Source: Zootoca vivipara
Lineage: Eukaryota
Direction: 5' to 3'
NCBI RefSeq assembly: GCF_963506605.1
Contig: NC_083282.1
Coordinates: 46,128,001-46,192,000 of the forward strand
Length of the DNA: 64,000 nt
Positions 1-55,000 of the stretch are shown here, piece by piece. The notes below the pieces were generated by a model. That model had not been told where the DNA came from. It made no database searches and saw only the letters and a program-made list of their open reading frames with translations. Each line of letters opens with the position of its first letter. Within the stretch, counting starts at the first letter, position 1. A program made the translations under genes and the position numbers.

Positions 1-1326
1 AAGAATTTTTAACACTACCCATCGTTGTGCGCATTTTGGGTGGTTGGTATTCAGTCTCCATGGGGTATTTGGCCCCTGGCATTTAACATGAAGCTGGGCC
101 ATTTGAGTTGAGGGTCTGAACAAAAGTCAATTCGGGTTTACTTTCTCCAAGTCACCTTATCTGGAATTGCATCATCTCAGAAAAGAGAAAAATGACACGG
201 AATTTGGGTCCCCTTTGTGTGAGACAGTAGAGAAGAGCTTGCACACTTCATTCAGCTCCTTATCTCACTGGCTCAGGCTCAGCCACCAGCCAGGTCCCTC
301 AAAATACCCACCCTGTCCTCTCTCCATCCACCCTGTTCTCTATGTGCTACAGTTTATAGAGGCATCCTTTCATGCTGCCGATATCCTACAAACTATCTTG
401 GGCCACAGACAGACACAAAGACACCATGGCTGTCCCTTTTTCGCTGCCTGGCAGTACCACCTGGTCTCTAGCACAATGGCAGAGCTGACCTGGCACGTGA
501 CTAGGTGCACCAGGGTGGAAGGCAATTGCCTCCCATCTGTGTCCTCAGCGGCAGCTGTGCCCCTGTGCGTGTTTGGTGCCCTGAAGACTTCCCCTGCCCT
601 GAGCACTGGCTACGCTCTTTGCAGCCACGTGTGTGATTCTTGCAGCTTCTTCCCACTTCAGAGATGGGAATGGGCTGAAGGAATCAGGAATGACGGGGCA
701 GATATAAGTGCCTGCTAACCCAAACTCTGCATCCCCTCCCAGCCCTGCTCTCATTTTACCATCTTTGGGCATATGCTGAATGTAGACTGGGAAACGGCAA
801 CGTAATTTTTCCTGTAAAAAGAGATGGTCCTTGCAAATGCACCAGTCTTGGTCACATGTGTTTGTGTGTGTGTGTTCCCCTCATTGAAGATTTAGAGCAG
901 GAGTAACTACCCCTGGCCCAGAGGCCTGATCCAGCCACCTTCCCAAACCACCTCTCCCCCCCCCCCATTGGCAAAAAAAAGTAGTGCTGGTGGGGATGAA
1001 GTAAAGTAGACACGGAACTTGAGTGGTCAGGGAGGGTTTAAGCTTTCTGCTCAGCACCCTGATGGGGATGCAAATATCTCATTCTGTGGTCATCTGATCA
1101 ATCATTTGATGAGCAGAGATGGGCAATAACCCCCCTCCTTCCACATTGATCAGCTGGAGAGGGGAGTTCTGTCTGTGCGCATGTGCATGTGAGAATGTGA
1201 GGTGACTGCAATAACGTTTGGGCATACCCACCATTAGTATGTGGCCCCTGCAGGACTGGCCAGGAGTGAATGCAGCCCTTGAACCTCCTCTCCCCCTCAA
1301 AAAAAAGTTTTGTCACCCCTAACTGT

Positions 1327-1835
1327 GCCCAGAATTGTGTCCAGTTCTGGGCACCACAGTTCAAGAAGGATACTGACAAGCTGGAACGTGTCCAGAAGAG
1401 AGCAACGAAAATGGTCAAAGGCCTGGAAACGATGCCTTATGAGGAACGGCTTAGGGAGCTGGGTATGTTTAGCCTGGAGAAGAGAAGGTTAAGGGGTGAT
1501 ATGATAGCCATGTTCAAATATATAAAAGGATGTCATACAGAGGAGGGAGAAAGGTTGTTTTCTGCTGCTCCAGAGAAGTGGACATGGAGCAATGGATTCA
1601 AACTACAAGAAAGAAGATTCCACCTAAACATTAGGAAGAACTTCCTGACATTAAGAGCTGTTCGGCAGTGGAATTTGCTGCCAAGGAGTATGGTGGAGTC
1701 TCCTTCTTTGGAGGTCTTTAAGCAGAGGCTTGACAGGCATATGCCAAGAATGCTTTGGTGGTGTTTCCTGCTTGGCAGGGGGTTGGACTGGATGGCCCTT
1801 GTGGTCTCTTCCAACTCTATGATTCTATGATTCTA
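1327..1835 (+). mobile_element. CR1 LINE 3' fragment (5'-truncated)
   Basis: Uninterrupted ORF2 C-terminus CVQFWAPQFKKDTDKLERVQKRATKMVKGLE...LEKRRLRGDMI and terminal (ATTCTATG)n repeats. Confidence 0.93.
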
Positions 1836-2020
1836 ATTTAGAGGACAGGAGTTTTCTTTTGTTGTTTCATTTTCTCTAACCAGAGCTCATTTTATTCTCC
1901 ACAGCTTCCTGTCTCTTTGGTCTAATTTGCGCTTCTGTCTGAGCTCTCTGTGTAGCCTGGGAAGCCTAGCCATCAAGACGGACAGTGGGCAGCTGGGCGC
2001 TCACATCACGGCCCCCAACC

Positions 2021-44845
<42,825 letters not shown>

Positions 44846-47025
44846 ACATGAGCCTGGGAGGCAGGGCAGGGAGCCCTCCTTGCACCTCCCCTCTCCCACC
44901 TGCCCTGGTTCTCCAAACCCTACTCTGCTCAGATATACGACAGTGCCCCCCACTGGGTGGGGGAGCCCTGGCTCCCTGGCTCCCGGGCTGCGCCGGACTC
45001 TGGGGGAGGGGCTGTGAGTTCCAACCCCACCCACCTCATTAGTGCCCCCGTGCCATCTTGTAACCCTCATGTTTACAGTCACGTTCAGATGGCCCCAATT
45101 CGCAACCAGGACCAGGGTCAGGGGTGGGGAGGGTGTGCACTGGCCGAACCGTTGGGGGTGCCTTGGGAAAGGGCACCAGGAGGAGGGTCGGTTGGAGCCT
45201 CGCTGGCTCAACAACCCCTTTGGGGGTGGATTCTGGCAGCTGCACCTGGGCCCATGGGGGTCTGGTGTCTATTGGGGGTGGTATGCCCCATACTGCCCTG
45301 GATCAGGGCCCTGGGGACTGGCCCCACAGATAAGCAAATGGGGGGTTGGGGTGGGGGGAGGGCAAGAGGGTTGGTTGTAATTGTAAATGTTAATCCTGAC
45401 ATTCTAGGCATCGCTTGGCCATAGGCTAGGCAGCCTTCAGCTAGGCTGTTGCCCCTGCGAGGGCTCTTCCAGAGATGCACTTAAGACTGCACCTCCCCCC
45501 CCCAACCACTGCACATACCTTCCCAGCTTCCCCACCTAGGAAAGGAAAGCTAGCTTCCCCAGCACTTACCAATTTGCACTTCTCGCCATGGCCTCCCATG
45601 ATACGGTAAGAAATGTTCCTGCTAAAAGCTATGTATTGAATTTGGCAGGTTAATGATTGAGGTGGGGGAGTAGGGGGCAGGAGAGCTCTCCTTAATTGCG
45701 TTGCAAGGGCATGGGAGGAGCACAGCTCCATGAACAAAAATATGCACTTGTCTCCCTCCTGATCTTAATATTGAGCCTTATTTGCACACCATCCAGAATC
45801 GCACACCTGCAGCGTGAAACGTAAGCAAACAGCATCTCTCATAAATAGAAAAAGGGACAGCTGAGAGGCTGGATGCACTGTATTACCATGATAGACATCT
45901 TGAGCAGCGCCACAGACTCTGGGCAGCCCATGCAGCCCAGTGGACAGATTTTGCCCAGGTGTGCATTCTTTGTCTAGACAGCATCTTCTGGAAGCTCCCC
46001 CAAGCCCATTATTCTGAAGCACTTTTCTACACTCTTCCCCGAAGAGGAATAAATTAATTTCAATGGAGTCTCCACAAAGGCAAGAGACCATTGGGACCTA
46101 GCCCTGCCCCATCCCACAGGGAAAGGGACAGAGCCAACCATGGTGCTAAGAGCAGATGATGTGCCAAGTCCTGCCCACACCATTGCAAGTGGGACACACA
46201 CACAAAGAAAAAGCACAAGCTTCCCTAAAAGCTATCCAGGCCAGGCCTGGGTTCCACGCGGCCCACTTCTCCACTAGTGGTGGGGGCAGAAGCTGTTAGC
46301 TTCATGGTGAAGCTTTGGAGAAGTTGGCCATAGGCACCAGCCCCATCTCCAGCTGCAAGGCTTTTCTCCCTAACACAAAGCAGGGCCTGTGCTGCCTCAG
46401 ATGGGTAGAAGGTACTAATGGTTCCGTCTTCCAGCCTCACCATCCTGTGTTTCCATTTCAGTGTTGCTGCCTGCACTTTACCCCCTAGAAACGTCTGGGT
46501 GGAGGAGACAGGAAACCCCAGCAGCCACAATCCTGTCTTGTACCCTGATGCCAATTCACTTAACCAATGCCAAACAGTGCATGTCGGGGGGCACCCCTCA
46601 GCTCCCAGCCGTGCACGATTGCTGCGGTGTAACCATGGTGCCAACAGCAAGGGCACACCTGGCTCCTACCCACGTGGTACCTGCTCCAGCCGGTGGCATG
46701 GGCATAGCAGCCAGCATTCAAGTGCCAAACGTCTGCATCGTGAGCAGTTAAGAGGGAGAGGGGGGGACAGATGGCTCCATGCCATGATGGTACTTTTGCC
46801 CTAAGCCTCCAGCCCCCAGACCTTCCCTCCTCTGTGCCGAGGCTGCACTATTTAATGCATGGTTCCGTGTCTGTCCTTTCCTCCTGTGTCAAAGGCGACA
46901 GCTAGCATTGCCGCCTCATCGTTCATAGCAATAATTGTGACGCGTCTCCCATACTGTGACTCTTCCAGTTGTAGATTTTTAAAGTCTGATAGATTTTAAT
47001 GAAATTTATATTCCTGAACCTTGGG
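44846..47025 (+). other. SLC6A9: SLC6A9 3'UTR (approximate end)
   Basis: Free of recognisable transposons, rich in miRNA seed sites, and ends at AATGAA (46998-47003) followed by a GT-rich tract near 47035-47050. A proximal AATAAA lies at 46048-46053. Confidence 0.6.
46995..47003. terminator. Overlapping candidate poly(A) signals: AATGAA on + (SLC6A9) and ATTAAA on - (CCDC24)
   Basis: The sequence TTTAATGAA lies between two convergent genes. Confidence 0.5.
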
Positions 47026-47373
47026 TGATACAGTTCTTTGGTGTGTGTGTGGAGGAATGGGAAAGGTGTAGGTTGGGTTCACAAGGCCCACTGCCCTGGC
47101 TTGTGGACAAGGATGAGAAGAAACATCTCACTGGCATGGGTCCCACTTGCAAGTAGATTATCTGCATTCATAGGTTGGGGGAGGTTGTGTGTATGCATTT
47201 CTTTGCCTTTTCACTTTCCCTGGAATCCCATTGACCCTGTTCACAAGGATGAGCAAAAGGCAACAGCAGCAACTCTTGAGGCACAGGATGCTGCAGGGTT
47301 GGGTCCTCTTAAGACTCTGCAGCATGGGAGCGGGAAATGAGGTACTTAAGGGAAGGGGGCAGCTCTCTGTTCC

Positions 47374-47743
47374 CTAGCTGGGTCCTTTGCATCGCAGCAG
47401 CCGAGTGCGAGGGCAGAAGCGGGGCACTGGGCATGGCTTTGAAGGAGGCATGGGGTGGAAGACATGGTCCAACCCTGCTACTGCCAGCCCACAGGCTGAA
47501 GCAATCCTGTGCCCTTTCAGAAGCACTGGCACCACAGGTCTAGGCAGCAGAACATCATTGTCCTTCCTGGCTTGGTTGGGTTCCTCACCATCTCGCTGCG
47601 GCCATCCATCAGACCATCGTGCTGAGTGGCTCCTCCGGGGTAGTGCCTGATGGCATAAAGGAGAAGTCTGGTCTCTGCGAGTTGGTGAAGAAGCAGGACT
47701 GATCTCTCCAAAGCTTGGTCCTTTTGCCGATCCTCTTAAGCCA
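47374..47743 (-). CDS. CCDC24: CCDC24 last coding exon (GLRGSAKG...RLLRCKGPS*)
   Basis: The acceptor ctttgctttcacag| is in the correct phase; the frame is open to TAG at 47374-47376; low-complexity Pro/Arg-rich tail. Confidence 0.78.
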
Positions 47744-49045
47744 CTGTGAAAGCAAAGGAAGGGGTTACCAAGAAGCAGGAGGTGTTGCCCAAGCACCTTT
47801 CCGTGTAAAGCCTTAGTCATTACAGCAGAACTAATGGGTCCCACACAGAACAAACTCCAGAATTTTTACTTAAAATATGACAGGTATTCTAGAGACCATA
47901 CAGCACAGCGAGCCAGCATGATGCCCCCTCTAGATGTTAGACTCCCAACAGCCCCACTTAGAGGGCACCACGTTGGTGACGCCTGCCATAGAATAATAAA
48001 CCAACCCTGAACTATGCTTGCACCTCTCTGCTGCAGGCACCAGTTTGACAGCTACCCCTCAGTTATAATATCATGCAGCTCGTGGTATCATAGCTTTGGT
48101 GCTTGCAGGCTTACCTGAATTGCGGCTGGGAGCTGCTACTCCCAAGAAGTTTCGACATCAGGGAAGGGCTGGTGCCTGTCTTAGGCTGGCTTAGCTGCAG
48201 ATCCCGTTCCATGGCACGCTTCTCCTCCTGTAATTCTGTGGAGAGAAGAGACCCTATTTCATGGGGGTTGGGGGAAGCAACAATCATGAAGAGCATTGGG
48301 GCTGGTACTCACAAAGAGACCATGCCCCATTGGCAACACCTGCCTAAAGATGATGGCTATAGGCACCATGATGCTGCATCCCTTCCCCAATTCCCAGCCT
48401 GGCCTTATCTGAGACTCGGGTTCTACATACCAGCCATGGTGGGCTCATGTGTTGCCTCCAGCAGCTCTGTAGCATGCTGATGCGCCTCCTCCAGTTGGCA
48501 CTGTGGAACATGAAAAATGCTATAGGAAACACAACACAGAAGAAAGAAGCTGCTCCTTTAACTATACCACTTCTCTTAAAGATGTACATGTCTCTGCTTA
48601 AAGGTTTTCCTCACGTTGGAAAGTCTTTCTGTATTAAATACCTTACTTTTCCTCCCAGCCTTCTAGTTGCCCCAGTCACTGCAGAAAGCTAATGGATAGG
48701 CACCAGCGTATCCAGTCCCTTCAGCTGATGATGCTAGTTTCTTATTCTTCTGGAAAATAGCAATTGTCACATTGCTGACTTAGAAACTTAGTGGGCTGGC
48801 TTAATAGGCTCTCATTTGTTAGAAGTTTTTAAGCAGAGGCTAAATGGCCACTTCTCAGGGGTGCTCTTCTAGCAGTGGATAGCCTACATTGCCGGAGGCT
48901 GGAGTAGATGATCATTGGGACTAGATGATCATTCCAAGTGCAGATCTACAATTCTTTTGACCCTGATTCCACAGTCACAAGTCACTGTGATTTCATAACT
49001 TGGCAGCTCTCTGCACTATGGGTGTACTGCTGCAAAGGTGTGTTT

Positions 49046-49099
<54 letters not shown>

Positions 49100-52000
49100 A
49101 CACTGGTGACAGCAAGTACTCTTGCAGCAGTCCTGCAACCCAATGTGATGGTGTTTTCACATCCAAATCATAATAACAGTTTTCCTGCCACTCACATCTT
49201 TCCTCAGCCCCTCCCTGTCCCCCAGATTTGGGAAGGATACAAAAAAACTAGCTATTTGGGCAGTTNNNNNNNNNNNNNNNNNNNNNNNNNNNNNNNNNNN
49301 NNNNNNNNNNNNNNNNNNNNNNNNNNNNNNNNNNNNNNNNNNNNNNNNNNNNNNNNNNNNNNNNNNNNNNNNNNNNNNNNNNNNNNNNNNNNNNNNNNNN
49401 NNNNNNNNNNNNNNNNNNNNNNNNNNNNNNNNNNNNNNNNNNNNNNNNNNNNNNNNNNNNNNNNNNNNNTTTGGATTTGATATCCTCGCTTTATTACTAC
49501 CCTAAGGAGTCTCAAAGCGGCAAACATTCTCCTTTCCCTTCCTCCCCCACAACAAACACTCTGTGAGGTGAGTGGGGCTGAGAGACTACAGAGAAGTGTG
49601 ACTAGCCCATGTTCACCCAGCAGCTGCATGTGGAGGAGCGGAGACATGAACCCGGTTCCCCAGATTACAAATCCACCAGTCTTAACCACTACACCACACT
49701 GGAAGCCAAACACCCTTGTCCTCTCTTGATGGACTCAAGAGTTCTGACCCAAGGCCTGCCCACACTCTGTTCTAACCCAGGCTGCCATAGCCATGGGAAC
49801 AGCTTTGTAGATACAGCTCCTATGTATGTGGGCAGGAGGAAAGACATGGGAGTGGTAATACTAGAACTTGGGTCCATCCAGTGAAGATGGTTGCAGCATT
49901 CAGGACAAACAAAAGTAGCTATGGAATTTGCCCCCATGAGATCTAGGGATGGGTGCCAACTTAGATGACTTGCCGTGGGGATGTCCAGCATGCAAGTTTC
50001 CTATAAGGATCTGTGAGAACAGGGTGCTAGACTAGATGGGGCTTTGGTCAGATCCCACAGAGCCTTGCCTCTGTTCTTACACAATAGTCTAGAAGGGCTG
50101 AGGAAATGTTGTCGCAGACGCTCCACCCAAGCTGCAACACAAACCAGTCTCACAGACCTATTGGCCAAAACTTGAAGCAGATGCTTGGAAGCGCATGGGA
50201 GAAACACTGCTTATGAGGAACTCTAGAAACCCTCCTTGAGATGAGAAGGGTTCAGCCCTTACCTGTAAATAAGGGATGTATCTTTCCAGATCACAGCACT
50301 CATTCTCTAGCAAGGTTCTAGAAAAAATAGTACAGCCAGTGAGACCCAAAGGAGGTGACACATTTGGGACAGAAAGCAATTGCCAGCATTGCAGACTTGG
50401 TGTCTCCACATCTTCCTCACTTTTTGTTTATGTTCCCAATGTGGGGACTGGCAATTCAAATGAAAGTTAGATGTGAGGATAGCCACCATCTGCTTGCAGT
50501 GGCAGCTCATGTTGCTACCGTAGGGATGAGAAGAGAAAACCACGCTACTTTGAAGCAGTTCATAACTAGGCACAAGTATCTCTAATGCCAACAGTGTTTC
50601 TAAACCTTGTTTTGTACTCTGCTGCTCTCCTTGTTCAGAGTTCCCCAAGTTCCTGGCTGGTGAACACTGTCTGGGGTGGACTTTAGCAAGCTCCCTTCAA
50701 TAACTATACATACTGCCTGGAATATGCAGGATGCCCAGTGGCACAAGATGGAAGAATCTTTACAAAGCCCTTTGTGTGTTCCCCACTGGATACTGCACTG
50801 GGAGCCAAGACTATGTATGGCTTAGACACCACACCCCTGTGTTGCTTATTGACCTTCTCTTGAGGTTCTCACCTTTTTATGCTATGCCTTTCCCACCAAG
50901 ATCTGCCACAACTGTTGTTTGATCTGCTTCCTTGCAATTACACAGAGCAAAATGTGCCATAGAAATTATATCTGCACCCAGAGGAAGTTTGGAAAGGGAT
51001 TCTTGCCCCTCCTTGTCTTCATGATTGTGGTATAGGCAAGACTGGGAGACAGCTGATGGGGAGGGTTAGAAGGTAGAATACAAGCTGCTTGGATCCATCT
51101 GCACACATTTTCACACAATGCCACCCCCAGCTTCCCTTCAGTCTCTGCAGTGAGTTTACTGTTCTCAGCCACAAGGTCTTCTATTATATCTGCCTTCCAG
51201 ACACTTGCAATGGATACCTGTAACCCTCTTGTGCCTTCTTCCCTCTTACAACATTTGTGCAATTAAGAAACCTAATAGAGCAAAAACTTACCGAAGTTGA
51301 GAGGCTACCTCACTGATATGGGCAATATTCAGTTTATTACAGAAGGATTCCAGATTAGCGGTTCTGGAAAATAATGGCCTAAGGAAACAGAAATTGGGTG
51401 AGACTTGCATTTTCCTGTGACCAGACGGGCTTGATGCCTGCAACTGGGCATTCCTGCACTAAACAAAGCTTGAATGGGACACTGGCACAAGGATCAGGTA
51501 ACAGAATTTGGTTGGGGATGTCAGTCATGTTCTTTCCAGGACCCCTAGTCTCTTTCAATAAGTTGTACTCCCATCCTCTCTGTATGGCTGTCACAGGACA
51601 CAGATTCATCAAACTGAACTAGCATGCTTCTTAGAACTCAGACACAGAACATTAAAATCACACACCACACCCCAGTAGAAGCAACCCTCATAGCAGGAGA
51701 GGAAGCACAAACTACCCAATCATGGTCCTTCACCCCATCCTAACCACCAACGAACTACCTAGAGAGTCTCTTGAAAACTCTCCAAAACTACTTGTGGACC
51801 ACATTACAACCCCCCTCCTACATAAAGCCTACTGAGGGCATCCCTTAAAAAACAAACTTCCTCAAAAATTGGTAAATTAGAACAAGACATTTCAACCTTG
51901 TCATCACACTACAAACAAACAGGAGAAAAAAAAATTCTGGAACAAAAAATCATAGAACAAAAAAGAAGGGAAATTGACTCTCTAGAAATCAATAAAACAA

Positions 52001-55000
52001 TGATAAACATCCTATACTCTAAATGCTTTTACGAATATGGAGGGAAGAACTCCAGACTATTAGCAAACAGATGCAGGAAAAAAAATCACTCAAAACAAGT
52101 ATACACTGTATATACACTATAAAAAACGGTAGCATTAACATCCTCCACCAAAGAAATAACCTCAGAATTTTAAACCAACCTATACATCTCCCGCAACCCA
52201 CCTGAACAGGAAATCAGAAGATTCCTAACAGGGCTGACCATACCAACCTTAACTGCAAAGGAACAAAAATTCATGGAGGAACACCATCAAAAACACCCCC
52301 ACAACAGCACACCCATTTCTCCAAAACAAACTAAAGAAAATCCCCACAACACTGACGCAATCAAAGAACAATGGGAGCATGACATAAGCTATGAAATTAA
52401 CACCACCCAATGGACTAGAATGTGGTCTATACCTCCCTTTAAGTCCATATCAGCCAAAAGAAGGGAACTCACTCAGAAACTCACCTACAGGTGGCACTTA
52501 ACACCACAGAAACAAGAGCTGATATGCCCAGGAACCTCACCAAGGTGTTTGAGAGGCTGCACCTCCGCAGGCACATACCTCCACACATGGTGGAAATGCC
52601 CTATAATCCAACCCTTCTGGACAGCAGTCCTACAAGAGATATACAAAATAACTAAACAGGTATTAGAACTCACCCTAGAACTGGCCCTACTGAACATCTT
52701 CCAAGATCTTAATGACCACTCACAGTATAGAGATCTTACAACCCACCTACTCTCAGCAGCCAGAAGCCTCATAGCCAGACACTGGAGAGACCTGTCAGGA
52801 GTTAACATGAACCAATGGTATCAAATTGTATGGGAAACGGCCTTGCTAGAAAAGCTAACCAATAAACTGAAACTGACAAAGGAAAAATAGAAGAAAACAC
52901 CTTCACCCCAGTATGGTCCCCCTTTATCACAGCCCAAGAAGACAATGACAAGAATCCACCGACAGCATACGAATCAACCTGGCTTACCTGACCCAACAAG
53001 CCCTCCCCTCCTCACAAATGCAAACAAACCCCGCTGCAGCCAACCACAGACAACCAACCACACCCTGCTCCCCAATACATCTCACTACCAAGGAAATGTA
53101 ATAACGAATAGAAAGAGAACCTACCCAGTTGACACTGACACAGAACCCCACAGGTACACTATACAAAAGAATATAAGCCTCACCAGACCACCCTTCCTCT
53201 CCCCCCTCTTCTTCCCCAACCTTATACTGTACTCAACACTAATGTCTCACAGCAAATGTAACTGATTTGTAAGAAAGACTTGAAAAAAGAGACAAGGCAT
53301 GTACTTTTGCAAACCAAGAAAATCTTTAACAAAAATAAATTTAAAAGTAATAACTCAGACACAGCCCTGGAATTACGAGCCACAAGAACAGCATAACCAG
53401 CTTTCACACAGACACCTAAACTTGGAGTTGCTATCTTCATTTTGCCACAGATTTTGAGCAAGCATACCTCATGGATATGTACATACTAGCTGAATAAGCA
53501 AATAGACTTGAGACTGCTATTAAGTCTCTGGGATCTTAATCTATGGGACACCCAAATGCATAAACATTTTATCTAAAGCTATTATGGGGGTTTAAGCCTA
53601 AACTCTTGAATCCTCAAGATAAGTATATTCTTAAACAAAAGGAAATGTGCATTTAGGAAAACAAAAGCAAGCATAAAATCAGGCATATAAGAAAAACAAC
53701 ACATGCTAACAGATTACTGCCCTAGTTTTAGGTGTGATAGGGTTGGTCAAGAGCAGGCCTTCTCAACCTTGGGCCCTCCAGATGTTTTAAGACTACAATG
53801 TCCATCATCCCTGACCACTGGTCCTGCTAGCTAGGGATCATGGGAGTTGTAGGCCAAAAACATCTGGAGAGCCAAGGTTGAGGAAACCTGGTCAAGAGGA
53901 TACTGCTGTGAAAAAGGTCAATTCTATGTTGTGGATCATTAGGAAATAGAAGTGCTGATATCATAAAGCCATTATACAAATTGATTGTGAGACCACACTT
54001 GGAGTACCATGTACAGTTCAGGCTGCCTCACCTCAAAAAGGATATTGCAGAGCTGGAAAAGGTTCAGAAAAGAGCTACCAAAATGGTCAAAGGGGTGGAG
54101 CAACTCCCCTATGAGGAAAGGTTAGTTAAGATAAAAGGCAAATAAAGGGATATGCAGTGGAACCTCGGTTTATGAACACCTCGGTTTACGAATTTTCCGT
54201 TTACGAATGCCACGGACCCATCTAGAACGGATTAATTCACTTTCCATTACTTTCAATGGGAAAGTTCGCTTTAGTTTATGAACAGACTTCTGGAACCAAT
54301 TACACCCATGCTTCGGGTTAAGTACACTTCAGGTTAAGTACGGACTTCCAGAACCAATTACACTCATACTTCGGGTTAAGTACGCTTCAGGTTGAGTACT
54401 CCGCGGACCCATCTGGAACGGATTAATCCGCTTTCCATTACTTTCAATGGGAAAGTTCGCTTCAGTTTATGAACGCTTCAGTTTATGAACGCTTCAGTTT
54501 ATGAACAGACTACTGGAACCAATTGTGTTCATAAACCGAGGTACCACTGTATGACAATAGTGTAAGATTATGCATGGTATGAAGGAAGAGGATAGGGAGA
54601 AAAAAATGCCCCTCTCAAAATACTAGAACCCAGGGCCATCCAATGAAAGAATGATGGAAGATTCAGCACAGACAAAAGAAAGTACTTCTTCACACAGCAC
54701 ACAGCTGAACTATAGAATTCACTCCCACAAAATGTAGTGATGGCCACCAACTAACATGGCTCTAAAATATTAATACAAATCAGAAGTGCCAGCTTGGCCC
54801 CGCAACCGTGGGTGCCCAGGGTTGTGGGTACCATGTAGTGTGCATGGCCCTGGCACCAGAATTTGTGGGTGCCTGGCCACTTCATGAGGAATTTTGTGGG
54901 TGCTCGGGCACCCAGGGCCCCAGGGAGTTGGTACCTATGATACAAATTCATGGAAGATAAGGTTATCAGTGGCTACTTGCTGTGATGGCTATGTTCTGCA

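Noticed and set aside
167-718. 183-aa ORF on +
   Set aside because: Non-ATG start, no recognisable domain or splice structure; consistent with a chance ORF in SLC6A9 upstream/intronic sequence.
1270-1830. 186-aa ORF as a host gene
   Set aside because: It is the C-terminus of CR1 ORF2, not a cellular gene.
52273-52890. 205-aa ORF as a domesticated zinc-finger gene
   Set aside because: L1 ORF2 C-terminal fragment within a frameshifted, deleted element.
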